A stretch of 64,000 nt of DNA from contig JBNRSN020000017.1 in assembly GCA_051313645.2 (NCBI GenBank), positions 63,674,001-63,738,000 on the forward strand. Reading direction: 5' to 3'. The notes beneath the pieces are model-generated. The model searched no databases and was not told the origin of the DNA. It saw only the letters and a program-made list of their open reading frames with translations. This document shows, in pieces, positions 1 to 13,049 of this stretch (positions within the stretch are counted from its first letter, which is position 1; each line of letters opens with the position of its first letter). The DNA is from Centroscyllium fabricii. Its lineage: Eukaryota. A program made the position numbers and the translations under genes.

Positions 1-130
1 AGGGGAAAAAGTTCCTTTCTGTCTGCCCTATCTATGCCCCTCATAATTTTGTACACCTCAATCAGGTCCCCCCTCAGCCTTCTCTGCTCCAAGGAAAACA
101 ACCCCAGTCTGTCCAGTCTTCATAACTGGA
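1..130 (-). mobile_element. CR1-clade (HER1-like) LINE fragment cut by the window edge
   Basis: Near-identical to the reverse complement of the LINE sequence around 29500-29630 and 36060-36190. Confidence 0.85.
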
Positions 131-850
131 ATTGGTTGTCCATATAATGTCAATGATTCAAAGGCTTTGTATGATGCAGGGAGAGGTGTGGAAGAGAGCT
201 GAGACTTTAGTCTGCATTACTACTGGTTTCTGCACCAGATGGGTTAATGTTCAGGTCAATCTGTGTGAGTATGAAGTTTTGATCACTTCATTTTTTTTAT
301 AGAAAACATTTTTGCCCAAGGAATTGAGATGTTGGAAGTGGTTTTTGCTGGTCAGCAATTGGCTCTACACCACATGGCAGGCATTCAACAAGGGAATGTA
401 TTCTGTTCACTGATTTAAAAGCTTAGTTTTAAAACTTAAAGTGTGCATTGTATCTCTCAAACCAATCCTAAATTGATCTGCAATGCTGACTTAAATAGTG
501 ACTCATTATACAGAACTAGATTTGTGTGCTTCAATACAGCAATAAGGTATGTTAGTCTAAAGCATTAACTATTATAAACTGGTCACTTTTTTTCCTTAAA
601 GATTTAGTGCTTTTTTGGTAGAATTGTTATTCCAGTCATGTTTTAACTAAAGGTGGGTGAATTGTTTTACTTCTCTGGAGCAAGGCTGAGCACTACTCCA
701 GTACATTTTTGGCTATGGTGATCCCAGTTGGACAATTCTTGGAGGATGCTCATTATGTGCTGATTCAGTTTAATATGTGAAACTTGGCAGATTTTCCACA
801 ACCACACCCCTCCATTTGTTAGGTCAGGCTAAATGTTGACAGCAGTTTAC

Positions 851-1299
851 AAGAAAGACAAAGACTTGCATTTCTATAGCACCTTTCACAACCACCGGAT
901 GTCTCAAAGCACTTTATAGCCAATGAAGTACTTTTTTGGAGTGTAGTCACTGTTGTAATGTGGCAGCCTTATTGCACATAGCAAGCTCCCACAAACAACA
1001 ATGTGATGATGACCAGATAATCTGTCTATGTTGATTTGAGGGATAAATATTGGCCAGGACACTGGGGATAACTCCCCTGCTCCTCTTCGAAATAGTGCCA
1101 TGGAATGTTTTCACATTCACCTGAGAGCAGACAGGTCCTCGGTTTAACATCTCCGAAAGATAGCACCTCACAGTGCAGCACTCCCTCAGCACTGCATTGG
1201 AGGGTCAGCCTAGATTTATATGCCAAGTCCCTGGAGTGGGACTTGAACCCACAACCTTCTGACTTGGGCAAGTGGACTACCTGCTGAGTCACAGCTGAC
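851..1299 (-). mobile_element. tRNA-headed SINE, DeuSINE/SacSINE1-like, near full length
   Basis: Minus strand starts gtcagctgtgactcag...GGTTCAAGTCCC (B box) and ends tgctatagaaatgcaagtctt, similar to the L2-type tail at about 32790-32810. Confidence 0.75.
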
Positions 1300-1347
1300 G
1301 TGATACAAGAATATCTGCTCCACTATTCATAACTTGCTTTCATGCAG

Positions 1348-1421
1348 GCTCTTCAATGAACATCTGAGCTTTTTAACACGATGGGCTCCTCAATGAACAT
1401 CTGAGCTTTTTAACAAGATGG
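1348..1421. repeat. 37-bp tandem duplication
   Basis: gctc(t/c)tcaatgaacatctgagctttttaaca(c/a)gatgg twice. Confidence 0.9.
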
Positions 1422-1473
1422 AAAGGTCACATGCTGCACAATGCCCTTCCAGAGCTTGACCTTGGTTTAAAGC

Positions 1474-1624
1474 CATGATGTGGAGATGCTGGTGTTGGAC
1501 TGGGGTGGACAAATGTAAGAAGTCACACCAGGTTATAGTCCGCTTTATTAGAAATCACAAGCTTTCGGAGCACTGCTCCTTTGTCAGGTGTTGGACTATA
1601 ACCTGGTGTTGTGACTTCTTACAT
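1474..1624 (-). mobile_element. Penelope-like fold-back insert, family A
   Basis: TSD ttggtttaaagc at 1462-1473 and 1625-1636; element end plus an inverted partial copy; hammerhead-like motif at 1555-1590 on the minus strand with a CTGACAA core mutation. Confidence 0.8.
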
Positions 1625-2234
1625 TTGGTTTAAAGCGTCATCCAAAGGGTGGCATATATGCCAATCCAGCACTTTGTCATTGTTGTACTGCGTAGCAACC
1701 TAGATTATCTGCATGGGACCTGGAGATTATTCCCACCATCTGACTTGAGTGAGTGTTAACAACTGAGCATAGTTGACTCTGTTGGCTATTTCCCCTTGAT
1801 TTTGGGCCATTTTGCTTGGCTTCTGAGCCCATTTTATCCCAGAGGTTTGACATTAAAAGCTGCTGCAGCAAGCTGAGAAGTCCTGGCAAGTTTTGGAAAT
1901 TAAACACTTTCTTAGAGCTCTGAGGAGAAAATTTAGATAACTTTAAATTTTAACACACAAGGAACATTTTGGGAAAAGTACTTTAGATCCAGACAAATCA
2001 GCTGGAGAAGTGGTGTTTCCTGCATACCACATCTGCTTGTGATAGTGAAGGTACAAGACATTTCCATACACATTCACACATTTAGGATGGCTTCATTTAT
2101 GTGAGCCCAGCAAAGGCAGATGCAGTTGTCGGGAGCCCCCACCTGAGGATGGTAGGAGGTGTGATTGATCCATCCCCAGGTATGCAGAGCTGGGGGAGCA
2201 TCACATCACTTTACATATTTAGTTGAATAAAAGG

Positions 2235-2385
2235 GAAGTACTGCAGATGCTGGAAATCAAATCAAAACAAAAATGCTGAAAACACTCAGCAGGTCAGCTA
2301 GCTTTTGTCAGGTCGATGACTTTTTTGTCAGATCTGTAAGAAGGTCATCGACCTGAAATGCAAGTTTCTCTCTCCACAGATGACT
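2235..2385. mobile_element. Penelope-like fold-back insert, family B (degenerate)
   Basis: tactgcagatgctggaaatc end; inverted caggtcgatgac / gtcatcgacctgaaa hammerhead stem II remnants. Confidence 0.65.
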
Positions 2386-2520
2386 AGCTACAGGTAAACT
2401 GATCGTAAGGAACATGGGCTATGCTTATGGGTGTGATCAGTAATGCTGAACCAGAAAGAATATTTAATGCAGACTAAAAGATTTGTAGTGCCTACCAAGA
2501 GCAATATTTCAATTAAGCCA

Positions 2521-2657
2521 AATGCAAGAAGTCACACAACACCAGGTTATAACAGTTTTATTTGAACTGATTTCAAATAAAACTGTTGGACTATAACCTG
2601 GTGTTGTGTGACTTCTTGCATTTGTCCACCCCAGTCCAACACCGGCACCTCCACATG
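2521..2657 (+). mobile_element. Penelope-like fold-back insert, family A (truncated before the ribozyme)
   Basis: TSD tcaattaagcca at 2509-2520 and 2658-2669; inverted arms. Confidence 0.8.
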
Positions 2658-3169
2658 TCAATTAAGCCAAACACAGCCATTCTGTTTTTTCTATAACCAC
2701 TGGTTTTGGATTAGGTATGGTGGCACAACTTTGCCACTTCATTTGTATTATCCAGTGGCCATTAATGCTATGCTTAAGTAAACTTTAGTTCTGAGAAGTT
2801 GGTACAATTACTAATTGCCAGCAATAGATTTCTGGCTTGCACACTGATTAACAGCCAAGATCTATTCTTGATTAGATTAAATTAAATGCGTTGGTATGAA
2901 TCAGATATTTGTATATACTGGTGCTTGTGCCAAAAAATTCAGTCTGGTTTCTTGACCTTATTTGGGAAAGGTTGTCTAAATTACCTAGGAGTATTTGGAA
3001 TGTGTGAAGTACAGGTCAAGCATTTCACTCTGCACCAAGTGTAGAGCTTTTTTTTTGTGTGGGCACGTGCTGAAATGCTGGATTTTGCTGTAGCAGCAAA
3101 GTCATTTTATTCATTGTTTGAAGCGCTGCATTTATGCAGAAAGATGGCAGTGTGCGAAGTCTTGGCTTG

Positions 3170-4165
3170 GTGGTCAAGGACTAGTGGATTGGTGCTGGGG
3201 CCTCGACTATTTACAATCTGCATTAATGACTTGGATGAAGGGACAGCGTGTAATGTAGCCAAGTTTGCGGATGATCCAAAAATGGGTGGGAAAGCAAGTT
3301 GTGAGGAGAACTCAAGAACCTGCAAAGGGATATAGACCGGCAAAGTGAGTGGGCAAACATTCGGCAGATGGAGTATAATGTGGGAAAGTGAGAGGTTATA
3401 CACTTTGGCAGGAAAAATAAAAAAGCAAACTATTTAAATGGTGAGCGATTACAAAATGCTACAGTTCAGAGGGACCTGGGGGTCCTTGTGCATGAAACAC
3501 AAAGTCAGCATGCAGGTGCAGCAGGTAAGCCAAAAGGCAAATGGAATGTTGGCCTTTATTTCAAAGGGGTTGGAGTATAAAAGCAGGGAATTCCTGCTAC
3601 AACTACAAAGTATTGGTGAGACCACACCTTGAGTACTGCGTAAAGATTTGGTCTCATTTTAAGGAAGGATATACTTGCATTGGAGGCGGTTCAGAGACAA
3701 TCCACTCCGTTGATTCCTGAGATGAGGGGCTTGACTTATGAGGAAAGGTTGAGCAGGCTGGGCCTATATGCATTGGAATTTAGAAGAGTGAGAGGTGATC
3801 TAATTGAAGCATAAGATACTGAGGGGGCTCGACAGTGTAGATGCAGAGAGGATGTTTCCCCTCGTGGGAAAATCTAGAACTTGGGCATAGTTTCAGAATA
3901 AAGGGTCGCCCTTTTAGAACTGATGAGGAGGAATTTCTTCTGCGGGTTGTAAATCTGTGAAATTCTCTGCCCCAGAGAGCTGTGGAGGCTGGGTCATTAA
4001 ATACATTTAAACTGGAGATCGACACATTTTTGCAAGATAAGGGAGTGAAGGGTTATGGGGAGTGGGTGGGGAAGTGGCTTTGAGCCGGAGATCAGCCATG
4101 ATCTTATTGAATGGCGGAGCAGGCTCAAGGGGCCTATTCATGCTCCTATTTCTTATGTTCTTATG
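3170..4165 (+). mobile_element. CR1-clade LINE 3' fragment (decayed RT, tcctgctcct-type tail)
   Basis: GLVLGPRLFTICINDLDEG...KFADD RT motif with frameshifts; 3' UTR gatcagccatgatcttattgaatggcggagcagg. Confidence 0.9.
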
Positions 4166-5507
4166 ACTCGCTTGGGGGCAGGGGGGAGGGGGGAGGGGGG
4201 GGGGGGCGTGGCAGTAGTTGGTAATTGCGTAGATAATTTAATATACAACTGATGACCCCAAAATTCAAATGAGGCAAACGTTCATGGGTGCGTGACTCCA
4301 GTTGGGCAGGACTGATTTATTTACTGGCTTGCTATTTCAATAATTCCTTGAGTCTTTATACCATGTGATTTTTTTTTCTCTCAAATGTTCCAGAAAGTAG
4401 ATGGTATTTTAATTTCCTCAGCTATGTGATGTTGAGGTTCTTTGTGCCCAGAGCAGAAATGATTAGAGACAGAAAAAAAGTAGGTTTAAAAAAACAACTG
4501 CCTGTGGTTTTTAATGAGGTAATGTGGTGCTGCAAGCAGTATTATTGAAGATTCTGCTGCTCGGTATGAGGCATTAATTCTACATCCAGTCCAAATTTCA
4601 CTAGTGAAGATTCGATTGCCTTAAGTGTCTTCCAAAGAGCTGGCTGTTATCGATCACTATATGCCAGAGCTGACTGGTGCCAATGCAATTGGGTCCAACT
4701 GCTCTGGAAGTAGCTGGTGTAGAATACTATTGGATATCTGGCCAATGCCATCTTACAGAAGCAGGAGGTAGACATTGGGAATAGCAAAAGTTGCTCTGAG
4801 TGTATCCAATATTGCAACAACACAAATTAAATGCCTAAATTTGTCCCTTAACTGCTGGTACTAAGCATTTAACACTTGTTTTACATTGATCCAAGAAATG
4901 GATTTTCTTATATTTGAGGCAAGCACAGTGCATTAGCATGCTGTCCTCTCTCTACTAGAACCTGGTTTTAATTCCAACCCAGGGTGATGGGAATTGGTAT
5001 TTCTGTTTAGCTCTTGTATTTTCTTATCATATCTTTCTATCCCTTCCCAATCACTTTTTTCCCCTCTTTCCCCTCCTTCCCCCCCCCCCCCCCCCCTCCC
5101 CAATTGCTGACACACAATATTTTGCTGAGGGTTTGATTCAGTGGGCACTGGGTATCATTATTTATGTAGCACCTTGAAGCAGTGTCAGCAGAATATTGCA
5201 CCCCTGGGGACATAACAGCAAAACTAACTCCTGTTCTTGCCGAGCTCCCATAGATGCATCCAGTACAGATTCCTACAAAAATTCTATTTCTGGTCACACT
5301 TTTTCCAATTCTATTGAGGCCAGTTGTAACATCTTGATCACCCTGAGTTAGGATAAGCTAACTTGAGACTGGGGTTGGACCTGGGATCTTTTGAATCACT
5401 AGCTCATCTACCTACTGGATTGAATGGAGGAGTCACTCTTGGGTTAGCTCTAAGGGAAGTGAGTTTAGGCAGACTTAGCCCAATTCCGATAATTGGACCA
5501 ACTGTGC

Positions 5508-5878
5508 GAAACATAGGAGCAGGATTCGGCCCTTCAAGCCTGCTCCGCCATTCAATGAGATCATGGCTGATCATCCAAACCCAGTACCCTGTCCCTGCCT
5601 TGTCCCCATATCCCTCAATCCCTATCGAGCCTGCACCGACACATATCCCACCCTTTCCCCGCAACCCCACACATTTAATCCCCCTAACACTAAGGGTCAA
5701 TTTATCCTGGCCAATTAACCTAACCTGCACATCATTGGACTGTGGGAGGAAACCGGAGCACCCGGAGGAAACCCACGGGGAGAATGTGCAAACTCCACAC
5801 ATAGTACCCGAGGCTGGATTTGAACCCGGGTCTCCAGTGCTGTGAGGCAGCAGTGCTAACCACTATGCCACCGTGCGA
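5508..5878 (-). mobile_element. V-SINE (HE1-like) with an alternative CR1 tail
   Basis: tRNA head gcacggtggcatagtggttagcactgctgcctcacag...gggttcaaatcc; V-domain gtgggtttcctccgggtgctccggtttcctcccacagtcc; tail matches the LINE end at 20884-21005. Confidence 0.88.
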
Positions 5879-6131
5879 CCAAATTTTGGCACTCATTGAC
5901 ATCACTAAACTCAAGTGGCTGCTGTGGAAATGGAAACAATTTTTTCGACTAGTACATCAATGTTAGAATTGAAATTTAATGTGTTCTGGATCATTGAAAG
6001 TTCAAAATTTTTGTGTATTATGACTCCTTTTAGTAATCAAGCACCAATTTACAACAGGGAAGATTAAATTTAAAAAAAATAAAAAAATTTAATCTGTCCG
6101 TTCATGATAATCATGGTGATCTGAAGACCAT

Positions 6132-6762
6132 GGCCTGTATTTTGCGGCCTCAATGGCCACGCAAGTTCTGGATTTTCACGTGCGAAGTGCATGCGTGAAA
6201 ACCCAGAACTCCCAATCGTACAAGAATCTTCACGGATCCAACACATCCCCGGGAGAAGGACCTCCACGGGTGGAGATTTGCCTAGCGAATGCCTGTAAAA
6301 GTTGTACACCTGGTAAGGTGTGGCGTATGGCCTGCTTTTACCAGCGTAAGAGTTTAAATGAACATTGACATTTTTCTGTTCATTTGAAATTTTTATTTAA
6401 GCATTTAAAAACCTATACAATAAGATAAGGTTATTTTTAGCCCCTTTAAAATATTAATTCAAAAAATTTAATGTGTTAAATTTAAATAGCATTTTAATTG
6501 ATTTAAACTTTTTAATTTGATGTGTACAGGTAATTTTTGGGATATTCCCATTCATTGCTTAGGGCATCCCCATAAGCATGAATGGGGATTCCCTTTCATT
6601 CATTGGGCCGCCCCATGTTATCCTAGATGCTTGCGAACGTTGGCCTCTACCCGCAGGTACTTGGAGAGGTCCAGGACGCGCGAGTCTCTGGGCACGCGGG
6701 CAATTTATTTGCGGGTCGGAGGCACTTCCCCGCAGGAAGCCTCTGGCTACAAATTCAGGGCC
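6132..6762. mobile_element. MITE, probably PIF/Harbinger-like
   Basis: Imperfect TIRs ggcctgtattttgcggcc / ggctacaaattcagggcc; CpG-rich ends and AT-rich core. Confidence 0.6.
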
Positions 6763-6876
6763 AATGTTCTTTTTCTGTACCTGGTTGTAGAGCTGGTGTG
6801 ACAGTTTGATTTCAATACTGTGAATTCTTTACCAACTTGCATGATTATAAATAGGTGATTTTGTTTTAGTTTCATA

Positions 6877-7772
6877 GGGCGCAAAATTGGTGCCTTAGCG
6901 CTGAAAAATGGGCGCTACAGGTTTTAGCGCCGGGCGCTACCAATTTAGGGCCGTGCCCAAAATTCACCCAGTGATTAGCGCCGGCGCTAACTGTTAGCAC
7001 GTGCTAATTTGCGATCGGCAATCGTCGTGCATATCCGGGTGCAACGCCTGCCCACTGGGCTGTGCCTGAAAATCGCCTTTGCGCCAGCCCCCTGGTGCAG
7101 CACTGCCAGCGCCAGCTTTGGCAAGCGTTGCTGAGGGTCTGAGTGGCTGCTGCAGTGCTGCTAAAAGGGCGACCCTCCCTTTCATCAGTAGCCTCTTCGG
7201 CCAGATGCTGAGGGAGGCGAGTCAGCCCGAGATCGGGCAGCTGCTGAGGGGGGGGTCAGGCGGCCCGAGTTCGGCCAGATGCTGAAGGGGGTTTGGGCGG
7301 CCCGAGATCGGCCAGATGCTGAAGGGGGTTTGGGCGGCCCGAGATCGGCCAGATGCTGAAGGGGGTTTGGGCGGCCCGAGATCGGCCAGATGCCGAGAGG
7401 GGTCGGGTGGCCTGAGATCGGGGAGATGATGATCGGGGTCGGGCGAGATCGGGAAGATGCTGAGGGGGGTTGGCAGAGATCGGGGAGATGATGAGGGAGG
7501 GGTGCTGACACATCATGCACTGCTTCCCCTACCCCCTTTAAGACCTTTCCGGCTCCAGAATTCATGGGAAAGCAAGGAGCTGTTGAAGGAGCGCTGCGCC
7601 CGTGATCGGCAATTAGCGCCACGAAATTGGGCGTTTGCACCTGTGCAATGCTAGATTTAGTGCTAAAATCTGCAAGGCTGGCGCTGAAGCGAATATTGGG
7701 TGCTCCGGCGCTAATTTTAGCATTGCGCCCATTTTAGCGCCCCAAATCGTGCGCTCACCAATTTTTGCGCCC
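6877..7772. mobile_element. PIF/Harbinger-like MITE with an internal minisatellite
   Basis: TIR gggcgcaaaattggtg / caccaatttttgcgccc, 3-bp TSD ATA, many subterminal TAGCGCC/GGCGCTA motifs; related to 61235-62314. Confidence 0.8.
7195..7500. repeat. 37-bp GC-rich minisatellite
   Basis: The unit cggcccgagatcggccagatgctgaagggggtttggg recurs at 7261, 7298, 7335 and 7372, with degenerate flanking units. Confidence 0.92.
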
Positions 7773-8337
7773 ATAGTTTATCCTTATCACGATTTAAGTT
7801 TATCTTTATTAAGTTTTCCAAGTGAATCATTATTTTAGTGCTGTATTCAGTAACTTCAAACACCAGGAGATGAAAATAAGCAGAATCTTAAACATTTTCT
7901 TTTGTGGAACAAAATTGTGACTTTGCCAAGAGTTGATGCATTGACTTTATTAAAATCTTTGATACTGCATTTTCCTAATTCTATTGGCTTAATCGACCCT
8001 TTGCATTGGTGACTTGCCCAACTTCTGGATATGTTGAGTGTCAAATCTACAAAGATTCCTAGGTCTGGTTCAACTTTAACCATAACTCTTTTAATACCCT
8101 TCACAGTATGTGTTGCCTCTATTTTCATTCCCATCCGCAGTTCTTTATTTGCCTGAATTAAATTCACCTGCCATTGTTCTATCCATCCAGTTACATATAT
8201 TTGCCCTGGCTAGTATTCTCTAACCAAGATTTTTCTGCCATGTTCTGTGACTCAAAACTATTTACTTTATATTGGAACTTTATATTGGAACTTTTTATTT
8301 CCTTTCTTATTCTCATTAGCATGCACTTGTTTATATT

Positions 8338-9053
8338 CGTCCGGATTTTCCGATGGCCCCCGAGGCCAAACGTGTGAGTATGGAGCAGGTACTCATGCGT
8401 GTGGCCCTCAGAAGTGATGGTTCTGTGCGTGCACCGAGCATGTGCACAGAACCTGGGGGGGGTCAAAAGCTGGAGCGCGTTGGCCTGCGCACCAGGAGGT
8501 GCGCAGTGCACCCGATTTTTTGATTTTTTTTGCAAGTTTTTTATCTGGGTAAATATCGGAAATGTTATGGCTGAAAATATCAGCCGCAACGACTCATTTT
8601 TAGCAGAAGTCTCTATTTTATACAATTTATGTATTTCTTTCACAAGTTTTTTATTTTTAATTAATTTTTTAGCCCAGTTAAAAACAAATATTTTTTCAAA
8701 TTTTATTTTTTGTTTAAAATAGGTAATTTATGTTAGTAATGTTAAAAAATGTGGTTTTAAAAAATATATATATTTTCTTGTTTAGTGTGGTTTTTGGGGC
8801 TGTTGCATTTCATAACTTTGACAGATGTCTGTCAAAGTTATGAATGGAGGATCCTTGGCAGTGATTGGCTCCCCGCAAACCACGTGGTCCCGCGCGGAGC
8901 TTCCCCACTAACTATGACATTGAGTTGCCTCAGCGCGGCGCTTCGAGCAGGCCAGAAAATCAGGATTTCAAATCCCAGAAGAGGACAATGGCAGGTGCGC
9001 TCCGTAAGTGTAGGTTGGAGGCTTGCACCTGCGGCGAGGCTAATCTTTGGGCC
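8338..9053. mobile_element. Harbinger-like MITE related (inverted) to 57956-58646
   Basis: Shared segment gattggctccccgc..accacgtggtcccgcgcggagc and gcaggtgcgctccgtaagt; ends ...tttgggcc. Confidence 0.7.
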
Positions 9054-10687
9054 AATTAAATGCCATTTGCCACTCTTCAGCCCAACATCTCCAGATCCCA
9101 TTATATTTGGTTTAGCTATTTCAAATTTGTCTTGAAAACCTTTTCCCAATTTGGTGCCCTCTGCAAACCTAAGACGGGATATTTTTATTCCTGCCCCAAG
9201 GTTCCAGCTCATTCCTGTACACCATAAACAGCAGTGATTCCTCACCATGTTAACCCAACTCCATTCACAACCACACCTTTTCTTCTCTGACCCAGCTTAT
9301 TTTCAGTCCATTCCAGAACCTTCCCCTCTATTCCATGCCTTCCTCATTTTGAGGACTAATCACTTGCATGGCACAATGTCAAAAGCTTTGCAAAAACTCT
9401 ATCTCCTGGCATCCTATAAATATATCGCCCACGAATAATTTTTTATGTGGAAACCATCACCTAAAGCTGTCCTGCATCGCAGCCAACAACGTTGACATGT
9501 AAAAAAAAATTGGCAATCTCATTCATGTCTAACATTAAACACCTTTTTATTTAAAAAAAGAAAAAAATCCCTATCCTGTTTGACTGCAGTTTCACACTAC
9601 ATAGAGCTGCCAGGCTGCTGAATTTAATGGTGTGCTCCACAAATGCACGATTCTTTCACTTAACATTTCAAAACTTTCTATGTAATTTCACCAAAGGAAC
9701 AAAATCAAGTTAACCTCTTGAAGTAAGGAAAGAACAGTGACTTTTTTTGAAGCCTTTACTGGAGGAAAAAAAGTTCTCGTGCAAATTGCACAGATTTCAC
9801 CATTTGACTTCTGCCTTGTTGCAAACATTCTCAACTTTAAACTGAACATTTACTTTGAGAGCTGTTGTATAAAAGTGTTCTTTCGGAGCGGGGTGTGGAG
9901 GGGGGGGCAATTTCTTGGCCCCGTTCAAGTGCTATTCCCCCCTCTCCCATCATGCAGTTTTTTACATACCAATGTTTTCATGCAAGTTATGCTGTGTATA
10001 AATGTACTACATTACAGTTTCTTAAAGAACCCACCACATGTGAATGCCTGTGCACCAGTGGTTTAAAATCAGCCAGAACCTACTTGATTCTGTTGTGAAG
10101 CTGAATCCTAAATTGAAGTTTTTGCATTGCCATTTTCACAATTAGCAGCCTACTAATGTTTCAGCCTTGTGTGGGTGTGGATTCCCTATTGTGGAGGGGA
10201 GTGATAACGATTGAATGCTCGGTTACTGTCCTGGTACAGTACAACATTGATGGCCTCTTTGGTGTTTCAAATGATTGAACTTCAACTGCTGGTCAGATGT
10301 GAATCCTAAATTGGCAGACTATCCATTTGAGAATTACCAACACGTGTGGCAGTTTGTTTCTAATCCACTTGAGCTCTGGTTACAATTTGTGTGACTGCAT
10401 CATCAGCATGTGCTTGGCTTTTCTGTAGTTTCTATTTGGAATCGTGTCTTAAATCTGACCACATTGTGTCAAAATAGGATTCCTGCCTCCTTGAGCAATG
10501 TTTTTTGAATACAGGGGCTGACTCAGATAATATTTTGTAAATGACAATCTCCATTACAATTCAGGTCACAGCAGTCTATTCTATAGCACACACTTTAAAC
10601 TTATGATGTGGAGGTGTTGGACTGGGGTGGACAAATGTAAGAAGTCTCACAACATCAGGTCATATAGTCCAACAGCTTTATTAGAAA

Positions 10688-10724
10688 TCACAAGCTTTCG
10701 GAGCGCTGCTCCTTCATCAGGTGA
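10688..10724 (-). ncRNA. Minimal type I hammerhead ribozyme motif
   Basis: Minus strand reads TCAC-CTGATGA-A-GGAGC(AGC)GCTCC-GAAA-GCTT-GTGA. Confidence 0.75.
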
Positions 10725-10871
10725 AGTGAAGAGGTGCAAAAATAGAACACTGCCAGATGATTACAGGTAATCTTTCCAACTGCCCTTTATCACACGGCAG
10801 AGAGGTCATCACAGCATCATCTGGCAGTGTTCCCTGACTATATATGCTGTGCCTATATGCATCTCTTCACT

Positions 10872-10908
10872 TCACCTGACGAAGGAGCAGCGCTCCGAAA
10901 GCTTGTGA
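10872..10908 (+). ncRNA. Minimal type I hammerhead ribozyme motif
   Basis: TCAC-CTGACGA-A-GGAGC(AGC)GCTCC-GAAA-GCTT-GTGA: stem I TCAC/GTGA, intact core, 5-bp stem II, palindromic AAGCTT in place of stem III. Confidence 0.75.
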
Positions 10909-11149
10909 TTTCAAATAAAGCTGTTTGACTATAACTTGGTGGTGTGACTTCTTACTTTAAACTTACTTCAAACTCAGACAGCTTCTGAATAATGAAATGA
11001 CACTTGCATGTACCATGTGTTTTGCTAACCTGGATTGTGTGAATGTGCCACCTAAAATACAGCTCCACAAAAGGGACATAACCTTCCAATGCACTAATAT
11101 TTTATTTAAACTTTGTTTGAAATGTACAACTGAGTAGAAAATGCCAAAT

Positions 11150-11392
11150 ATCTCTTCCCTTCCCTGCCTTCCAGCCTGTTGCTGATCTTTCCTTTGTTCT
11201 TTCAGCCCACTCCCCCTTTCCCCAGCCCCCCAAGCTTTAAAATCTATCCCCTCTCCTGGTTTCTCCAGCTCTGAAAGGTCATCGACCTGAAACGTTAACT
11301 CCGTTTCTCTCTCCACCGATGCTGCCTGGCCTGCTGAGTTTCTCCAGCGTTTTCTGTTTCAGATTTCCAGCATCCGCAGTATTTTGCTATCA
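11150..11392 (+). mobile_element. Penelope-like 3' end, family B
   Basis: Pyrimidine-rich tract, then ctgaaAGGTC(ATC)GACCT-GAAA-CGTT-aact (hammerhead with a core deletion), ending gatttccagcatccgcagtattttg. Confidence 0.7.
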
Positions 11393-11594
11393 GAAAATGC
11401 TGAATTTTTGCCATGTAAATATTGTGCTGATTGTGACTTATCCATTACCAGGCACGGAATAGTGGATATGGCAAAGTACGATGACCTCCATGGTCTTCCA
11501 AAAGTAGTTGAAATCTAGATTATCTAATTGATGCCAGCCCAGCTCCTCCTCCCCTGAAGTCTATGCAAATAGATGTATAATTGAAGTTGCACTT

Positions 11595-11733
11595 CACCAG
11601 GTTATAGTCCAACAGTTTTATTTGAAATCTCAAGCTTTCACAAGATTTCAAATAAAGCTGTTGGACTATAACCTGGTGTTGTGACTTCTTACATTTGTCC
11701 ACCCCAGTCCAACACCGGCACCTCCCCATCTTG
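11595..11733 (+). mobile_element. Penelope-like fold-back insert, family A (short)
   Basis: Inverted caccaggttatagtccaacag arms plus the gtccaccccagtccaacaccggcacctcc tail. Confidence 0.8.
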
Positions 11734-12354
11734 AATGAGGTTGCCATGGATTGGCTGTTGTCAGCTTGTGAATAACTTTATGGCTTTCCTTAGACTTTTG
11801 TTTCTTTCCAAATCTTTAGTGAAAGAATAGTTTGTAAAAGGAGCTGAAGGGTAGTGGCAGCAGTTGCTGGAGGAAAAGGTTGCAGGAGTGTGAAGTATGT
11901 ACTGGTCAGCTGCTCAAGGGTGTAGAGGACCTCCTTGCATTTTGTTTCTTTTTTAAAATCTTATCAAGTTGTCTTAAACATTTGAAAACTACATATCCCC
12001 CTCACAATTGTTATCAACTCCAGAATAACTCCCTACTGTCTGCTGATCTTCCCTTGGCACTAATTGAAGAACAGTCAGGAAGCTGTGTCTTGGCCAACAT
12101 TTATCCTTCAAAAAACATCACCCCGGGCGGCGGGGGGAGAAAACCCAGATTAACTTGCCAATTATCTAATTGCTGTTTGGGCCTTGCTGTCTGCATGTTG
12201 GCTGTTGTTTGCCAACAAAATAATAACTGCACCTCAAAAGAAAGTAATTGGTTGCAGACAATAGTAATCAGTGGAGAGCTGTTCCAAATTTCTAAACTGC
12301 ACTGTTCACATTTTGCTAGGCATCCAGTGTCCAGTCTGAAATGCTGTTTTTTTT

Positions 12355-12560
12355 TTTTATATGGGATGTGGGTGTCGCTGGCAAAGCCAGCATTTATTGC
12401 CCATCCCTAATTGCCCTTGAGAAGGTGGTGGTGAGCCGCCGCCTTGAACCACTGCAGTCTGTGCGGTGGAGGTATTCCCACAGTGTTAGGGAGGGAGTTC
12501 CAGGAGTTTGACCCAGCGACGATGAAGAAACCGTGATACTTCCAAGTCAGGATGGTGAGT
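12355..12560 (-). mobile_element. LINE 3' end (CR1-group, third tail type)
   Basis: Reverse complement matches 39600-39815; ends ...gacacccacatcccat + A-rich tail. Confidence 0.7.
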
Positions 12561-12739
12561 CTATTGGCAATGGCAATGCAAAAGTTGTTCTATTGCTCAA
12601 AGTCTCTTCTCCCTCAGCTACTTCCAATTTAGGACAAAACACTTCTTAAATGTATTTAATACCTGTGAAGACCGAATATGTTGAACCTGGAAAATGTTGG
12701 GATTTATATGAAGTACCCTTGCATGTTTGGGACCAAGCT

Positions 12740-13049
12740 GGCACGGTGGCATAGTGGTTAGCACTGTTGCCTCACAGCACTAGAGACCCGGGTTCAAATT
12801 CGACCTCGGGTGACTATCTGTGTGGAGTTTGCACATTCTGTGTCTGCGTGGGTTTCCTCCGGGTGCTCCGGTTTCCTCCCACAGTCCAAAGATGTGTGTG
12901 TTAGGTTGATTGGTCATGATAAATTGGCCCTTAGTGTTAGGGGGATTGAATATGAGGTTATGGGGATAGGGTGGGATATGTCGGTGCAGGCTCGATGGGC
13001 CGAAATGGCCTCTATCTGCACTGTAGGGATTCTATGATTCTTCTATGAT
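12740..13049 (+). mobile_element. V-SINE (HE1-like), full length
   Basis: tRNA head with A/B boxes, V-domain, tail gggccgaaatggcctctatctgcactgtagggattctatga. Confidence 0.88.

Larger units (their letters stand above)
10604..10953. mobile_element. Penelope-like fold-back insert, family A, with two opposed hammerhead motifs
   Basis: TSD actttaaactta at 10592-10603 and 10954-10965; long inverted arms. Confidence 0.85.

Noticed and set aside
7195-7500. CRISPR-like array
   Set aside because: Units are contiguous with no unique spacers, there are no cas genes, and the DNA is vertebrate; it is a minisatellite.
12740-12810. tRNA genes at A/B-box sequences (also about 1230-1299, 5810-5878, 50450-50522, 54839-54910)
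   Set aside because: Each continues into a SINE body; no complete cloverleaf was seen.
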